Of a DNA stretch of 64,000 nucleotides, positions 51,801 to 61,474 are shown piece by piece; position 1 is the first letter of the stretch, and each line of letters opens with the position of its first letter. Under the pieces are notes generated by a model. It saw only the letters and a list, made by a program, of their open reading frames with translations, did not search any database and was not told where the DNA came from. The stretch is from an uncultured delta proteobacterium (lineage in GTDB: Bacteria; Myxococcota_A; Polyangia; Polyangiales; Polyangiaceae), in assembly GCA_963696385.1 (NCBI GenBank), contig CAVOKF010000005.1:320001-384000 (forward strand), in the 5' to 3' direction. The translations under genes and the position numbers were made by a program.

Positions 51801-52395
51801 GGCCACGTGCTGTTTCCACCACCAGGCGGGATTCAAAGTGAGGGCCGGTGGCGAATGGGTGACCACGGGCCAAATCGGCCAGAATCCAGGAGTCGGACTC
51901 CTGAACCACGTCGTCGCGCAACCGGGGACCGGGGCGTGCGTGATCGATTGCGACGATCCCACGCGAACGCTCCTCAATGCCCGTGCGTTCGAGGTGCCTC
52001 CGCCCCCGAGTGCCTGCAATCCGGCGATGTCCAATGGCTCGTTGCCCGCGCCGATCGACCGAAATAGCGTGCTCGCGATGCGCAACCCGATGCTCTCGTT
52101 CGTGATGTGGGGGGGCTGCCCGCCGCTGAACGCAGCCGACGGCGGCGCGGTCGACGCGCAAGGGGATCACACTTTTTCGGCTCGCGATCAGCATTGGCAG
52201 TTCTCGCTGCGCGGCGGATTCAGTCCGGAATCGGTCGCGCTGCAGGGGACGTCGGGCACTCCGGTTTCGCCGCAGTCGATGCTCTACATCGCTCCATTCG
52301 AGCAACTCGCCGTCGTCGATGGCGCTCAGAACGGTCAGGGGCTCGTCGTCATCGACGTGAACACACTGGGTTTCGCTCACGCGCCGTACTTCTGA
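48835..52395 (+). CDS. Very large Cys-containing lipoprotein, probable beta-propeller
   Basis: Lipobox GVSC; LAVVDL, PTDVVV, YLYAID and GLVVIDV strands; 1186 aa. Confidence 0.85.
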   Translation: MRPARVFGFAGLTALLLATGVVVVTGVSCSSTPSPVPIRTFERPQKMAVVCLGVNSADGAPAPVVTPLPLADCPPVPPTVIGSPFQNHVMVLVTQRTRGQLAVVDLTGGQVVDEDRSTPGINLIPVGADPTDVVVTPDLFLVEGDTAVPPLVFVASAPTNQPAIYSIPSSKLLGDSMGLDAQPPELTSFAACSLPQPPQALGVAITTSGGDAGGPAYVVVVLLRAFLGAPAQIVAVDPRPFSTTIEPGTLPPCTILGQAAFSGAVPATGPASAWPDGVVYADAGDLQANEPPLGPSCSSPPVSVGDAMATTAAGGDSGALEAGVTDAGPMAEEAASNDSGAPDAAGATPGGGDAGPAVGAGQAAVGAGLVLPPVGPPQPTAMVLRDDAPIAYVADESVPLIHIIDLSDPASPREIGQFVATSVANPSRQVQVGGLALSPTTSDLRRYLYAIDMNEGTLMVFDATSPAPQTPAQAPLLRPHAELNPFVPPDRLSFSAPVAAMTFVLHDWPLVPPSPNTDEVHAYTGLLCNPNPNAAGSVAGTFVDGGLGGFYRTDEVAIIQPQGSGVEGWPARLRGVFGFVTLSNGSIVVVDVDDWDAPCRRPDPMNTVDGGPAFQLGVLDLPEPAPLSADDLDPYHAPSTVLTNDSNTGVTQEVFFPVSAPNRMRSQFLLRNDPTSGVHEPYVSVVPQLYDSTGAVVSYASGGTAALILPTALSPGFADPAYIENPTVVDLDYTYISPALATASGQAGAGAAVLFPGAAATVPGVRVSLDDPTAHIDQDWSVTYEGVLPTANGIFADIASADSSYETLTFAPAPASEDAGGSNGADFCERGIEDWNTGRIRASAALDAMAAAGLSPPPYVQNLGQWSADYIEITDDLLAPGDPYWSLPVKSTSGGLENPCWQGLTVIDGTALDDDAAASIANERYNACFQTYNSASNDDFNYTRDFPILQATDNALVVGRFAWPTSTDELPTNRTIVGPDPSNVPYLRLATCCFHHQAGFKVRAGGEWVTTGQIGQNPGVGLLNHVVAQPGTGACVIDCDDPTRTLLNARAFEVPPPPSACNPAMSNGSLPAPIDRNSVLAMRNPMLSFVMWGGCPPLNAADGGAVDAQGDHTFSARDQHWQFSLRGGFSPESVALQGTSGTPVSPQSMLYIAPFEQLAVVDGAQNGQGLVVIDVNTLGFAHAPYF

Positions 52396-52478
52396 TTCCA
52401 GTCTGCACGGCTCATCCGTGCCGGTGGCACCGCGGTGGACCTGCGACCTCACCCTTGGTACTCCGAATCGAGTCGCTG

Positions 52479-55127
52479 ATGTCCAAGGCTCGCGATCCGT
52501 TGACGCCTGTCATGCGTCAGTATCAGTCGGCGAAAGCGGTCCATCCGGATGCCCTTCTTTTTTTCCGCATGGGCGACTTCTACGAGTTGTTCTTCGAAGA
52601 TGCGGTGGTCGCCGCGCGCGCTCTCGATCTCACGCTCACCGCGCGCAACAAAGGCGCGTCCGACGAGATCCCGATGGCGGGCGTGCCTCACCACGCGGCG
52701 AGCGGGTACGTAAGGCGACTGCTCGATCAGGGGTTCAAAGTCGCGATATGCGAGCAGATGGCGGACCCCGCCAAGGTCAAAGGCCTCGTCCCGCGCGAAG
52801 TCGTGCGTGTCGCGACGCCTGGAATTGCGTACGACGACACCGGAATCGAGTCTCGCGAGAATCACTATCTGGTGGCGGTCGAGGGGGGGCAGCTTGCAAC
52901 GTTCGGTATCGCTGCGCTCGACGTGTCGACGGGCGAGCTCGTCGCTTGCGAGTCGGAGGACAGCCCCAGCGCTCTCTCTGAGCTCGTGCGTCTCGATCCG
53001 CGCGAAGTCCTTCTGGGGCCCGGCTCCGCGGACCTTGGGGCATCTCTGTCCGCGGCGCTTCCCCGTGCGGTCGTCCGAGTCGAACCCGGGGTTATGACCG
53101 AAGGTCATGCCGACGAGATCCTCGATGATCAGCTGGGCGCCGGCGCGGCCCGGGCATCGAGCGCGGGGGTCTGCGCACGGCGAGCTGCGGCCCGTTGTGT
53201 GGCGACGGCGCGAGCCTGCGAGGCGGGTCGGCGACTGCCCGTCGCGCGACTCGAGTCGTACGTCATCGGAGAAACTCTGCTCATCGACGAAGCGACGCAG
53301 CGCCACCTGGAGCTTGCCCACTCCGTCGAGGGGTCGTCGCGCGGTTCGCTCTTGGCGCACATCGACACCACGGTGACGGCGCCGGGAGCTCGCTTGCTCC
53401 GCCGGCGTCTGCTCGCGCCTCTCGCACGGCTCGCTGCCATCCGGCGCCGTCACGACGCCGTGGAACTGTTCGTGATGCATCCGGGCCTGCGCCAAGAATT
53501 GCGGACCCATCTCGCCGACGTCTCCGACATCGAACGTTTGGCCGTCAAGCTCGCGCTCGACCGAGTGTTGCCGCGCGATCTGGTTGCACTTCGCCGTTCG
53601 CTGGGTGCGCTCCCGAGAATCGCCGACGCGCTCGCTCGCTGCCCCGATGCGTCCGCCCGGGAAGCGTTGGGCGTCGAAGCCGGCGGGGCCTGGATCGACC
53701 TGTGCGCAGAGGCTCTGGCGCTCCTCGACCGTGGCGTTTCGGCCGACCCGCCCGCGCGGGCGAGCGACGGCGGTGTGGTTCGCGATGGCTTCGATGCATC
53801 GCTCGACGAGGCGCGCCAGTTGATGCGTGGGGGGCAACGAATGATTGTCGAGCTCGAGGCGCGCCTTCGCGAGACGTCGGGCATTTCGAGCTTGAAGCTG
53901 CGAACCACTCGAGTGTTCGGGTGGTACGTTGAGGTCACCCGCTCGCAAGTGAACAAGGCGCCCCCGACCTGGCGACGCAAGCAAACGATCGCGGCCGGCG
54001 AGCGCTTCACCTGCGATGACCTGGACGTGCTCGCGGATCAACTCGCCCACGCCGAGGAACGCGCTTCTGCGCGTGAGTCCGAGCTCTTTACGGCCATCGT
54101 TCGCGATCTCGCGGCGTATCGCGAGCGGCTCCGAACCGTCGCGGGTCGACTCGCAGAGTGGGACGTGGCAAGTGCCCTTGCCGAAGTCGCCCATCGCGAC
54201 GATTGGGTTCGCCCCGAGATCGACGACTCGCTCGATCTGTGCCTGGAGGACGCTCGGCACCCGGTCGTGGAGAGCCTAGCCGCCTCGGGATGCTTCGTGC
54301 CGAACGACGTGACGTTGAGTGCGGCCGAAGGGCGGCCGCGGCTCTGGCTGGTCACCGGTCCGAACATGGCCGGCAAGTCGACGCTGATGCGTCAGACGGC
54401 TTTCTGCGTCATTCTGGCCCAGATGGGGGCGTTCGCTCCGGCGCGCCGCGCTCGCATCGGGATCGTCGACCGGGTGCTCACGCGCGTCGGCGCGAGCGAC
54501 AACCTGTCGCGTGGGGAGAGCACGTTCATGGTGGAGATGAAGGAAACGGCGAACGTGTTGCGGCGCGCCACGAGACGCTCGTTCGTCGTGCTCGACGAGA
54601 TTGGTCGAGGCACGAGCACGTACGACGGTCTGGCGATCGCGTGGGCTGTTGCCGAGCACATGCATGACGTCGTCGCGTGCCGCGCCTTGTTCGCGACGCA
54701 CTACCACGAGCTGACCGGTTTGGCCGATCTGCGTCCCGGCACCTGCGAAAATTGGAGCGTGAGCGCCCGCGAGCACGCCGGTGACGTCGTTTTCTTGCAC
54801 AAGCTGCAGCGGGGGCCAGCTTCCCGAAGCTATGGCGTTGAGTGTGCGCGTCTCGCCGGGCTGCCCGAAGGGGTACTTGCGCGAGCGAAAACCGTATTGG
54901 CCGAGCTCGAGACGGGCGGGGCACTTCCGAGCGGTGCGCCGGCATCCTTGCGTGCGCGGTCTCGCGACGGTAGACCGCAACTCGACCTCTTCGACGGATC
55001 GGTGCCTCAGCCTACGCCGCCACACCCCGCGCTCGAAACCCTGCGCAACGTGGACGTCGATCGGTTGACCCCTCTCGACGCGCTGCAGCTGGTCGCAAGC
55101 CTCAAGCGCATGACCATCGCGTCGTGA
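52479..55127 (+). CDS. mutS: DNA mismatch repair protein MutS
   Basis: TPVMRQY, FRMGDFYELF, TGPNMAGKST, STFMVEM, DEIGRGT, SYG. Confidence 0.97.
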   Translation: MSKARDPLTPVMRQYQSAKAVHPDALLFFRMGDFYELFFEDAVVAARALDLTLTARNKGASDEIPMAGVPHHAASGYVRRLLDQGFKVAICEQMADPAKVKGLVPREVVRVATPGIAYDDTGIESRENHYLVAVEGGQLATFGIAALDVSTGELVACESEDSPSALSELVRLDPREVLLGPGSADLGASLSAALPRAVVRVEPGVMTEGHADEILDDQLGAGAARASSAGVCARRAAARCVATARACEAGRRLPVARLESYVIGETLLIDEATQRHLELAHSVEGSSRGSLLAHIDTTVTAPGARLLRRRLLAPLARLAAIRRRHDAVELFVMHPGLRQELRTHLADVSDIERLAVKLALDRVLPRDLVALRRSLGALPRIADALARCPDASAREALGVEAGGAWIDLCAEALALLDRGVSADPPARASDGGVVRDGFDASLDEARQLMRGGQRMIVELEARLRETSGISSLKLRTTRVFGWYVEVTRSQVNKAPPTWRRKQTIAAGERFTCDDLDVLADQLAHAEERASARESELFTAIVRDLAAYRERLRTVAGRLAEWDVASALAEVAHRDDWVRPEIDDSLDLCLEDARHPVVESLAASGCFVPNDVTLSAAEGRPRLWLVTGPNMAGKSTLMRQTAFCVILAQMGAFAPARRARIGIVDRVLTRVGASDNLSRGESTFMVEMKETANVLRRATRRSFVVLDEIGRGTSTYDGLAIAWAVAEHMHDVVACRALFATHYHELTGLADLRPGTCENWSVSAREHAGDVVFLHKLQRGPASRSYGVECARLAGLPEGVLARAKTVLAELETGGALPSGAPASLRARSRDGRPQLDLFDGSVPQPTPPHPALETLRNVDVDRLTPLDALQLVASLKRMTIAS

Positions 55128-56053
55128 GTCCAACCCGCACGGGTCTGCTGCCGTACGCCGCCGTCGCGTTTGCCGCAGGCTCGTGGGGTACCTGGGCGGT
55201 CTGGTTACGGCGAGCCGAAGCCATCGGTGCGATGCCTGCCGCATTGGAAGCCACCATCGTCATGGCCGTCATCACGGCGGGGTCGGCTCTTTCGATGCTC
55301 GGCGATCGCAAGACAAGGCCCGCGTCGAAGAGCGCCCGTGCCTGGGTGGCATGGCTCGGCGTCAGCGACGCGTTCAACGTCCTGCTCTTCTTCGCGGCGT
55401 ACAAGATCACCATTACCGTTTCGGTTCTCACGCACTACCTGACCCCCGTTCTGGTCGCCATCGCGTCGCCGCTCTTGCTCCGAGAGCGGATCACCCGCCG
55501 AACGGCCTGTGCCGTCGCGGCATCGCTGGTGGGCCTCGCCGTCATGCTCGGCCGCCCGGACGGGGACGTCGCACCGGCCGCTTTGTGGACGAGCGCGGCG
55601 CTCGGAGCGACGAGCGCGATGTTCTATGCGTCCAACGTCATCGTGAACAAGTTCGTCGTCGATGATTTCTCGACCAGCGAGACCATGTTTTGGCACGGCA
55701 TCGTCGCGACCCCACTTCTGGCCGCGTTCGTACCCTCGGCCGCTTGGAGCGCGATGAACCCGTCGGCCGCTTGGTTTCTATCCTGCATCGCAGTCTGGCC
55801 AGGCCTGCTCTCCGCGTTGGTGTTCCTCTGGGCGCTTCGGCGCATGCCCGCGACTCACGCTTCGACGCTGACCCTCCTCGAGCCGCTCGTGGCCGTGCTC
55901 TTGGGAGGTTTTGTGTTCGGTGAGAAGCTGGGAGTCCGTGCCTTGGTGGGCGCCGCGCTCATCCTGGGAGGGTCGCTTGCCGTGATGACGCAGGGCGCCA
56001 CCGGATTCGCGCGGAAAGGGCTGCAAGGAGCCCACGTAGGTCTGGAACCGTGA
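55124..56053 (+). CDS. DMT/EamA family transporter
   Basis: Ten TM segments, HYLTPV..LLRER, LLEPLVA..FGE; GTGA overlap with the mutS stop. Confidence 0.92.
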   Translation: MSPTRTGLLPYAAVAFAAGSWGTWAVWLRRAEAIGAMPAALEATIVMAVITAGSALSMLGDRKTRPASKSARAWVAWLGVSDAFNVLLFFAAYKITITVSVLTHYLTPVLVAIASPLLLRERITRRTACAVAASLVGLAVMLGRPDGDVAPAALWTSAALGATSAMFYASNVIVNKFVVDDFSTSETMFWHGIVATPLLAAFVPSAAWSAMNPSAAWFLSCIAVWPGLLSALVFLWALRRMPATHASTLTLLEPLVAVLLGGFVFGEKLGVRALVGAALILGGSLAVMTQGATGFARKGLQGAHVGLEP

Positions 56054-56133
56054 TCGAGGCGAGCGGAGAAATATCTGCGTCGGTAGCCGCGGCTTCCGCA
56101 TACTCCAAAGCTCCCAACCAGGCATCACGGCAA

Positions 56134-56853
56134 TTACTCCTCCACGGTGAACGGATTGAAATTCGTCCCTCGATCGAAATAGTCCTCGTGCTCCGAACGC
56201 TTGAGACGGTTTACGACCCAGTAGGTCACGGGTGTGAGCGCGATTTCGACGAACACCTTGAATAGCCAGTTGTGAATGACGATTTGAACGATCGTGGTGC
56301 TCTTCCAGATGCCGAAGAACGAGAGCGGGTAGAATATCGCCGAGTCGACGAGCTGTCCCGCGACCGTCGATCCGATCGTCCGCGTCCAGAGATAGCGGCC
56401 TCCGGTCATCAGCTTCATCTCGGCCAGGACGAAGGAGTTCACGAAGTCGCCGGCCCAGTACGCAGCGAGCGATGCTACGGTGATCCGCCACGTGTTGCCG
56501 AAGACTACTTCGATTGCCGGTTGCAACACGCGATTGAATGGCTCGTTCGGGTCAACCGGCAGATGAATGACGACGGCGCTCATCGAGGCAGCGAAAGTCA
56601 TCGTGCCGAAGCCGACCCAGATGGCCTTTCGGGCTCGCGCGTACCCGTAGACCTCCGTGAAGACGTCGCCGAAAATATACGAGATAGGAAAGAATATGTT
56701 GCCGGCGCCGAAGCTGATGCCGCCGATGCCTGGCGCGTGAAGCACCACGGTCTTGCCCGGGCCGATCAGGTTCGAGCAAAGCAGAACCGCGACCGAGGCG
56801 CTCAGAAGGACGTCGTAAAACTTGTAGCTGCGCGCGGCTCGGTGAACGGTCAT
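56134..56853 (-). CDS. Queuosine precursor transporter (VUT/YhhQ family)
   Basis: SNLIG.GK, FPISYIFGDVFTEVYGY..AR, LWTRTIGST..GQLVDS. Confidence 0.93.
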   Translation of the reverse strand: MTVHRAARSYKFYDVLLSASVAVLLCSNLIGPGKTVVLHAPGIGGISFGAGNIFFPISYIFGDVFTEVYGYARARKAIWVGFGTMTFAASMSAVVIHLPVDPNEPFNRVLQPAIEVVFGNTWRITVASLAAYWAGDFVNSFVLAEMKLMTGGRYLWTRTIGSTVAGQLVDSAIFYPLSFFGIWKSTTIVQIVIHNWLFKVFVEIALTPVTYWVVNRLKRSEHEDYFDRGTNFNPFTVEE

Positions 56854-57370
56854 CGGCGGGATGCGGAAAAAGTAGACAGATCGAGCTTGCCATGGGCGGC
56901 GTCCGAGCGGCACCCTAAAGGAGACGCGCCGTTGCGCGTCTGCGAAGCGAAGCGAGGACGGGGCGCCCGTCCACGGCTTGCGTAGCCTTCTCGCCGATCT
57001 CGCCCCGATCACTCGAAGCATGCTTGCGCCCGAAAAGCGGGCACCTTAGTCAGGTCGAGAACCGGCAGCGCGCTTGCCGGTTCAGCCGACGCCCCCTCGT
57101 TTGGCGAACGCTTCTCGATGCGGTCGCCGACCTCGGCCTCAAGCTCTGGCGCTCGCGATACCTTCGGTTGGAGGCGCGCCCTTCGCGCTACGGTGGCTCG
57201 ATGCGTCTGACGGACTCGATCGGCTATGGTATGCACGTTGGGGTCCATGGGCGAAGACCGAGCAAGGGACCGCTTCGCGCTTCACCAGGGGTGCTTCGCC
57301 GACGCCTCGCGAGCGCTCGCGTTAGCCTGATTCGACGTCGATGCGACGGCCGCGACTTCCGCGCACTCTG

Positions 57371-59266
57371 ATGGGTTGGGTCGACCTCTCGTCGACGTTC
57401 GTCGCGTGGGCGGCGATGCTGGCGATGACGGTCTACGTCGTTTTGCCGACATGGGCCAACCGACAGCTGCTCGGCATTCACGATTGGGATCCGCAAGAGG
57501 CCATGCGGTTCCTGACCACGAAGACGATCCTGCATTTCCATCAATTTCCATTTTGGAATCCCTACACGTGCGGCGGGCATCCAGCGTGGGCCGTTGTCGA
57601 GGGCGACACGACGCTCGTATCTCCGTTTCTGCCCGCTTACCTGCTTTTTCCACTGGGGGTTGCGCTGCGGATCGAGCTCGTCGGAAACTCCTTGTTGTCC
57701 GTCGTCGGCACTTGGCTTTTCGCAGGTCGATGGACGCGGAGCCCTGCAGCCCGGGCCTTCGTCGTAGTTGTCTTTGCCATCAATGGGCGCTGGACGCTCC
57801 AAGCGACGGCCGGACATCCTTGGCATTATGCGTATGCGCTCATGCCATGGACTCTTTATTTCTTCGACAGGGCGATCGAGCAAACACTGGATTCGAAGCG
57901 CGCTTTGCCGGACACCATATTCGCCGGCGCGTGCCTGAGCCTGATGGTCTACATGGGCGGGATCTATCCGCTGCCGCAGACCGTCTTCGTCCTCGCTCTT
58001 TATGGAGCACTCTACGGCGTCACGCGACGCGACCTGCGCCCGCTCCTCTGCGTCGTCGCCACGGGAATGGCGGCTTTCGTTCTCTCGGCCCCCAAGCTCG
58101 TGCCCATGATCGAGCTCTTCGCCCGATTCCCACGCCTGACGGACTCGCCAGAGTGGATGGACCTCACGGTCTTCCTCGCCATTTTGACGTCGCGCGATCA
58201 GGACTTTATTTCGCGGCCCGTGGCCACGACGCATTGGGGTTGGCACGAATGGGGCATGTACGTCGGATACGTCCCCGTCGCCCTCATGGCCGTGAGCCTG
58301 CTTTGGGGCCGGGGGCAGCGCCTCGGCGCGCTTCGGTGGACAGCCATCATTTTGATCGTCCTTGGGTTTGGGAGTTTCAACCCGTATGCACCTTGGTCGC
58401 TATTGCACAAAGTGACCGTTTTCCGTTCGCAGCACGTCCCGTCGCGTTGGCTCTACCCCGCACTGCTCGCATCGCTGGCGGTGGCCGCGCTCGTGATCGA
58501 GCGCGCGATGGTCCTTGCTCGTGGATACCGACCTCTTGTCGAATTAGCGGCCATTGTCGCAGTTTTACCTATCGCACGCGATGTCGCGGACGTGGCGCGC
58601 ATTCCGCTCGCGCACATTTTCAGCAAGCCTCCCCCGACGGCTCTCGACTCCATGCAGCCGTTTCATCAGGGATTTCACCTGCCGCCCGCAATCGGATATC
58701 CGACCGGTGGCGAATGGGCCCCGAGCTCGCTTCCCGCGGTCATCGCCAATGTCGGGACGACGGATTGCAGCACGTTTGCCGGATTTCACAATTGGTACAG
58801 AGACCAAAACAATCATGTCGTGGGGCTCGGCGCTCGTGGCCCGGGCGAGCCGGGATATCGAGGCGACGCGTTCATCGTCGAGGGGGTCGGGCATGCCGAG
58901 TTTGCTCGTTGGTCGCCAAACGAAGTGGTCGTTCGGGTTACCGGCGCCCGAAAGGGAGATCACGTGGCACTCGACCAAAACTACGATCCGGGGTGGCTGG
59001 TGAACGGAAGGCCTGCGCTGGCGGTGAGCGACGTCCCGGCTGCCACTCTACAGTCCTCCGACGAGACGGTCGTCTTCCGGTACCGGCCCAAAACGCTCTG
59101 GCTGGGGCTGGCGATCTTCGTCCTCGGCCTTCCGCTCCTGGTCGGAGCAGCCCGGCCCGACGCGGCGCGTTGGGTCGTCAGGCGAACACTTCGCGCGCGA
59201 TTCCCAGAACGGCCTGCTCGACGGCTGCGTCCGACGTCAGGCGCACCGAAAAGCCCAGAGCGCTGA
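57371..59266 (+). CDS. YfhO-like multi-TM membrane protein (probable GT-C glycosyltransferase)
   Basis: HDWD, PFWNPYTCGG, YVG, PSRW, and the C-terminal SPN..QNYDPGW..FRYRP pattern. Confidence 0.8.
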   Translation: MGWVDLSSTFVAWAAMLAMTVYVVLPTWANRQLLGIHDWDPQEAMRFLTTKTILHFHQFPFWNPYTCGGHPAWAVVEGDTTLVSPFLPAYLLFPLGVALRIELVGNSLLSVVGTWLFAGRWTRSPAARAFVVVVFAINGRWTLQATAGHPWHYAYALMPWTLYFFDRAIEQTLDSKRALPDTIFAGACLSLMVYMGGIYPLPQTVFVLALYGALYGVTRRDLRPLLCVVATGMAAFVLSAPKLVPMIELFARFPRLTDSPEWMDLTVFLAILTSRDQDFISRPVATTHWGWHEWGMYVGYVPVALMAVSLLWGRGQRLGALRWTAIILIVLGFGSFNPYAPWSLLHKVTVFRSQHVPSRWLYPALLASLAVAALVIERAMVLARGYRPLVELAAIVAVLPIARDVADVARIPLAHIFSKPPPTALDSMQPFHQGFHLPPAIGYPTGGEWAPSSLPAVIANVGTTDCSTFAGFHNWYRDQNNHVVGLGARGPGEPGYRGDAFIVEGVGHAEFARWSPNEVVVRVTGARKGDHVALDQNYDPGWLVNGRPALAVSDVPAATLQSSDETVVFRYRPKTLWLGLAIFVLGLPLLVGAARPDAARWVVRRTLRARFPERPARRLRPTSGAPKSPER

Positions 59267-59320
59267 GCTTGTCCGGCGTGATTCGCGAATGCGGAAACGT
59301 CACCCGGCCATCCCTGCGCA
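59082..59320 (+). repeat. Direct repeat copy 1 (239 bp)
   Basis: Matches 60437-60674 with 5 substitutions and 1 indel. Confidence 0.97.
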
Positions 59321-59546
59321 GCTCGGCCTGTACGCGTGGGCTGCCATAGCGCCCCTTACTGGCGGCGTGGGCGGCTCGAACCTTTGCGCCAAGACCGAGA
59401 CGCGCTCCCGCTTCACGAGCTGCGTCAGCGCCGCCCGCTCGTCCACCGTCAGATTCACCACGTAGCGTTTTCATGGCCCACCATGGAGCCCGCCCTCGTC
59501 GCCATGGAAAGCAAAACCCGTCGCCTCAATGGATTCGAGGTACTAG
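59308..59546 (-). mobile_element. Chimeric IS remnant: IS630-like left end and N-terminus fused to an IS3-family OrfB fragment
   Basis: End CTAGTACCTCG at 59546; frameshifted MKRYVVNLTVDERAALTQLVKRERVS; then KVRAAHAASKGRYGSPRVQAELRRDG. Confidence 0.78.
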
Positions 59547-59644
59547 AGCCGGTCGCCTAGGCTCCGCTGCAGCTCGGAGCGCGTGAACCAGTCGGTCGCT
59601 CAGGCGCTCTACCTGGAGGACTCGGGCCGCGCTACACGTCATCG

Positions 59645-60436
59645 ATGGTCAGTGCACTCGACGTTCTTCTTCGCGTTCCAGCGGTTCAGTACGCTGCGCG
59701 AGGCACCGTCGACTGGGTCGATCTCCAATGGTCAAGTCTTATTCAACAGCTCAAGTCGATCGCTCCCCGCGCCCGGGGGCGACTCCTCGACGTGGGCTGC
59801 GGTGAGAAGCCGTATGAGCCCATTTTTCGACCCTATGTGAAGGAATATATCGGCGTCGAACATCAAGAGACGTTCAGCGCTACCCACGCTTCCACCAGGT
59901 CGTCGAAGCCGGACGTCTATTACGACGGCAAGGTCCTGCCGTTCGAATCGCAGACGTTCGATACCGTCATCAGCGTTCAAGTCCTAGAGCACACGCCCTA
60001 CCCGCAAAATCTCGTCAACGAAATGACGAGAGTTGTCAAGAGCGGGGGGCTCGTCATCGTGTCGGCGCCCTTCTCCTTCCGGCTTCACGAGGAGCCGCAC
60101 GATTACTTCCGATATACTCCTCACGGCTTGCGCACGATGTTCGAATTGGCTGGCCTCGTCGTCGAGGACATTTGGAGCGAACGTGACTTGTGGAGCGTCA
60201 TCGGCCACAAAATCAATTCGTTTCTCGCGTTTCGTGTGGCGCGAATCGAGTCGGTCGCTCAGTCGATCGGCAAACACGGACACGAGCAGGCTCCTTCGTC
60301 GCCACCGCGACTTTGGACGCTCCCCTTCGTTCTCCCGACGATGGGTGCCATCAGTGCGGCATCGCGCGTTCTCGATCGGATCGCACCGGACGGGAGCGAA
60401 GCACTGAGTTATTTGATCTTCGGCCATTCGCCGTAG
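59645..60436 (+). CDS. Class I SAM-dependent methyltransferase
   Basis: LLDVGCG, LPF..FD..QVLEH, LHEEPHDYFRYT. Confidence 0.93.
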   Translation: MVSALDVLLRVPAVQYAARGTVDWVDLQWSSLIQQLKSIAPRARGRLLDVGCGEKPYEPIFRPYVKEYIGVEHQETFSATHASTRSSKPDVYYDGKVLPFESQTFDTVISVQVLEHTPYPQNLVNEMTRVVKSGGLVIVSAPFSFRLHEEPHDYFRYTPHGLRTMFELAGLVVEDIWSERDLWSVIGHKINSFLAFRVARIESVAQSIGKHGHEQAPSSPPRLWTLPFVLPTMGAISAASRVLDRIAPDGSEALSYLIFGHSP

Positions 60437-60674
60437 ACCGGCCCAAAACGCTCTGGCTGGGGCTGGCGATCTTCGTCCTCGGCCTTCCGCTCCTGGTCGG
60501 AGCAGCCCGGCCCGACGCGGCGCGTTGGGTCGTCAGGCGAACACTTCGCGCGCGATTTCCAAAACCGCCTGCTCGACGGCCGCGTCCGAGGTCAGGCGCA
60601 CCGAAAAGCCCAGAGCGCTGAGCTTGTCCGGCGTGATTCGCGAATGCGGAACGTCACCCGGCCATCCCTGCGCA
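60437..60674 (+). repeat. Direct repeat copy 2 (238 bp)
   Basis: Starts on the base after the methyltransferase TAG. Confidence 0.97.
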
Positions 60675-61474
60675 CCGTCGCCGTACTGGATTCGAGCCGT
60701 CTTGAACGGAGACGCCGCGACACAAAGTTCGGCGATGCGCTTGACGCTCGTCACGTCGGCTGGCCCGAGGTTGTAGACGTTCAACCGATCGGGAGCATGA
60801 TCGAGTACGTGGATGAGACCGGTAGCGCAGTCGGTGACGTGCAGATACGGCTTGGCCTGCCGTCCATCGCCGAGAACGTCGAGGTATTCCGGGTGCGCAA
60901 GGAGCTTCTTGCAGAAATCGAGGATGGCTCCGTGCGTTCCGCGCGCACCCACGACGTTTCCAAAGCGGCAGATGTAGCCGGTCATTCCGAAGCACTCGAC
61001 GTACGCAGAGACCAGCGCCTCGCCCGCGAATTTGCTTGCGCCGTACAAGGAAATGGGCAAACGCCCCAAGTCCTCTTCGGCGCAGGCGTCGGGGCGATTG
61101 CCGTACACGGTGCCGCTCGAAGAAAACACAAACCGGCGAATCCCCGAAAGGCGCGCGGCTTCGAGAGCATTGTACGTCGCGATCGTGCCCTGATCCAGAT
61201 CCAACCGCGTCCGCTCGAGGCCCCAGCGTGCTTCGGGATTGGCGGCGAGGTGAAAAACGACGTCGTGCGAGCGCATGGCGCTCGTGAGCGCGTCCAGGCT
61301 GAGCGCGTCTCCCTGGACGAGCGTGGCCCGTCCGCTCGCCAAGGGCTCCGCGATGAATTCTCGTTTGCCGACGCTCAGGTTGTCGAACACGGTGACAGGA
61401 CCGCGCAGCACGAGACCTTCCACTAGGTGGCTGCCGATGAAGCCTGCCCCGCCGACCACGAACGAACGCATCAC
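60533..61474 (-). CDS. NAD-dependent epimerase/dehydratase
   Basis: GGAGFIG, HLAANP, YGASK, RFGNVVG, GWPGDV. Confidence 0.94.
   Translation of the reverse strand: MMRSFVVGGAGFIGSHLVEGLVLRGPVTVFDNLSVGKREFIAEPLASGRATLVQGDALSLDALTSAMRSHDVVFHLAANPEARWGLERTRLDLDQGTIATYNALEAARLSGIRRFVFSSSGTVYGNRPDACAEEDLGRLPISLYGASKFAGEALVSAYVECFGMTGYICRFGNVVGARGTHGAILDFCKKLLAHPEYLDVLGDGRQAKPYLHVTDCATGLIHVLDHAPDRLNVYNLGPADVTSVKRIAELCVAASPFKTARIQYGDGAQGWPGDVPHSRITPDKLSALGFSVRLTSDAAVEQAVLEIAREVFA

Noticed and set aside
56854..57000. preQ1 riboswitch upstream of the queuosine-precursor transporter
   Set aside because: No short hairpin followed by an A-rich tail on the coding strand; other classes cannot be excluded by eye.
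57376..59349. 657-aa alternative ORF over the YfhO-like gene
   Set aside because: Arg-rich shadow frame with no recognisable motifs.
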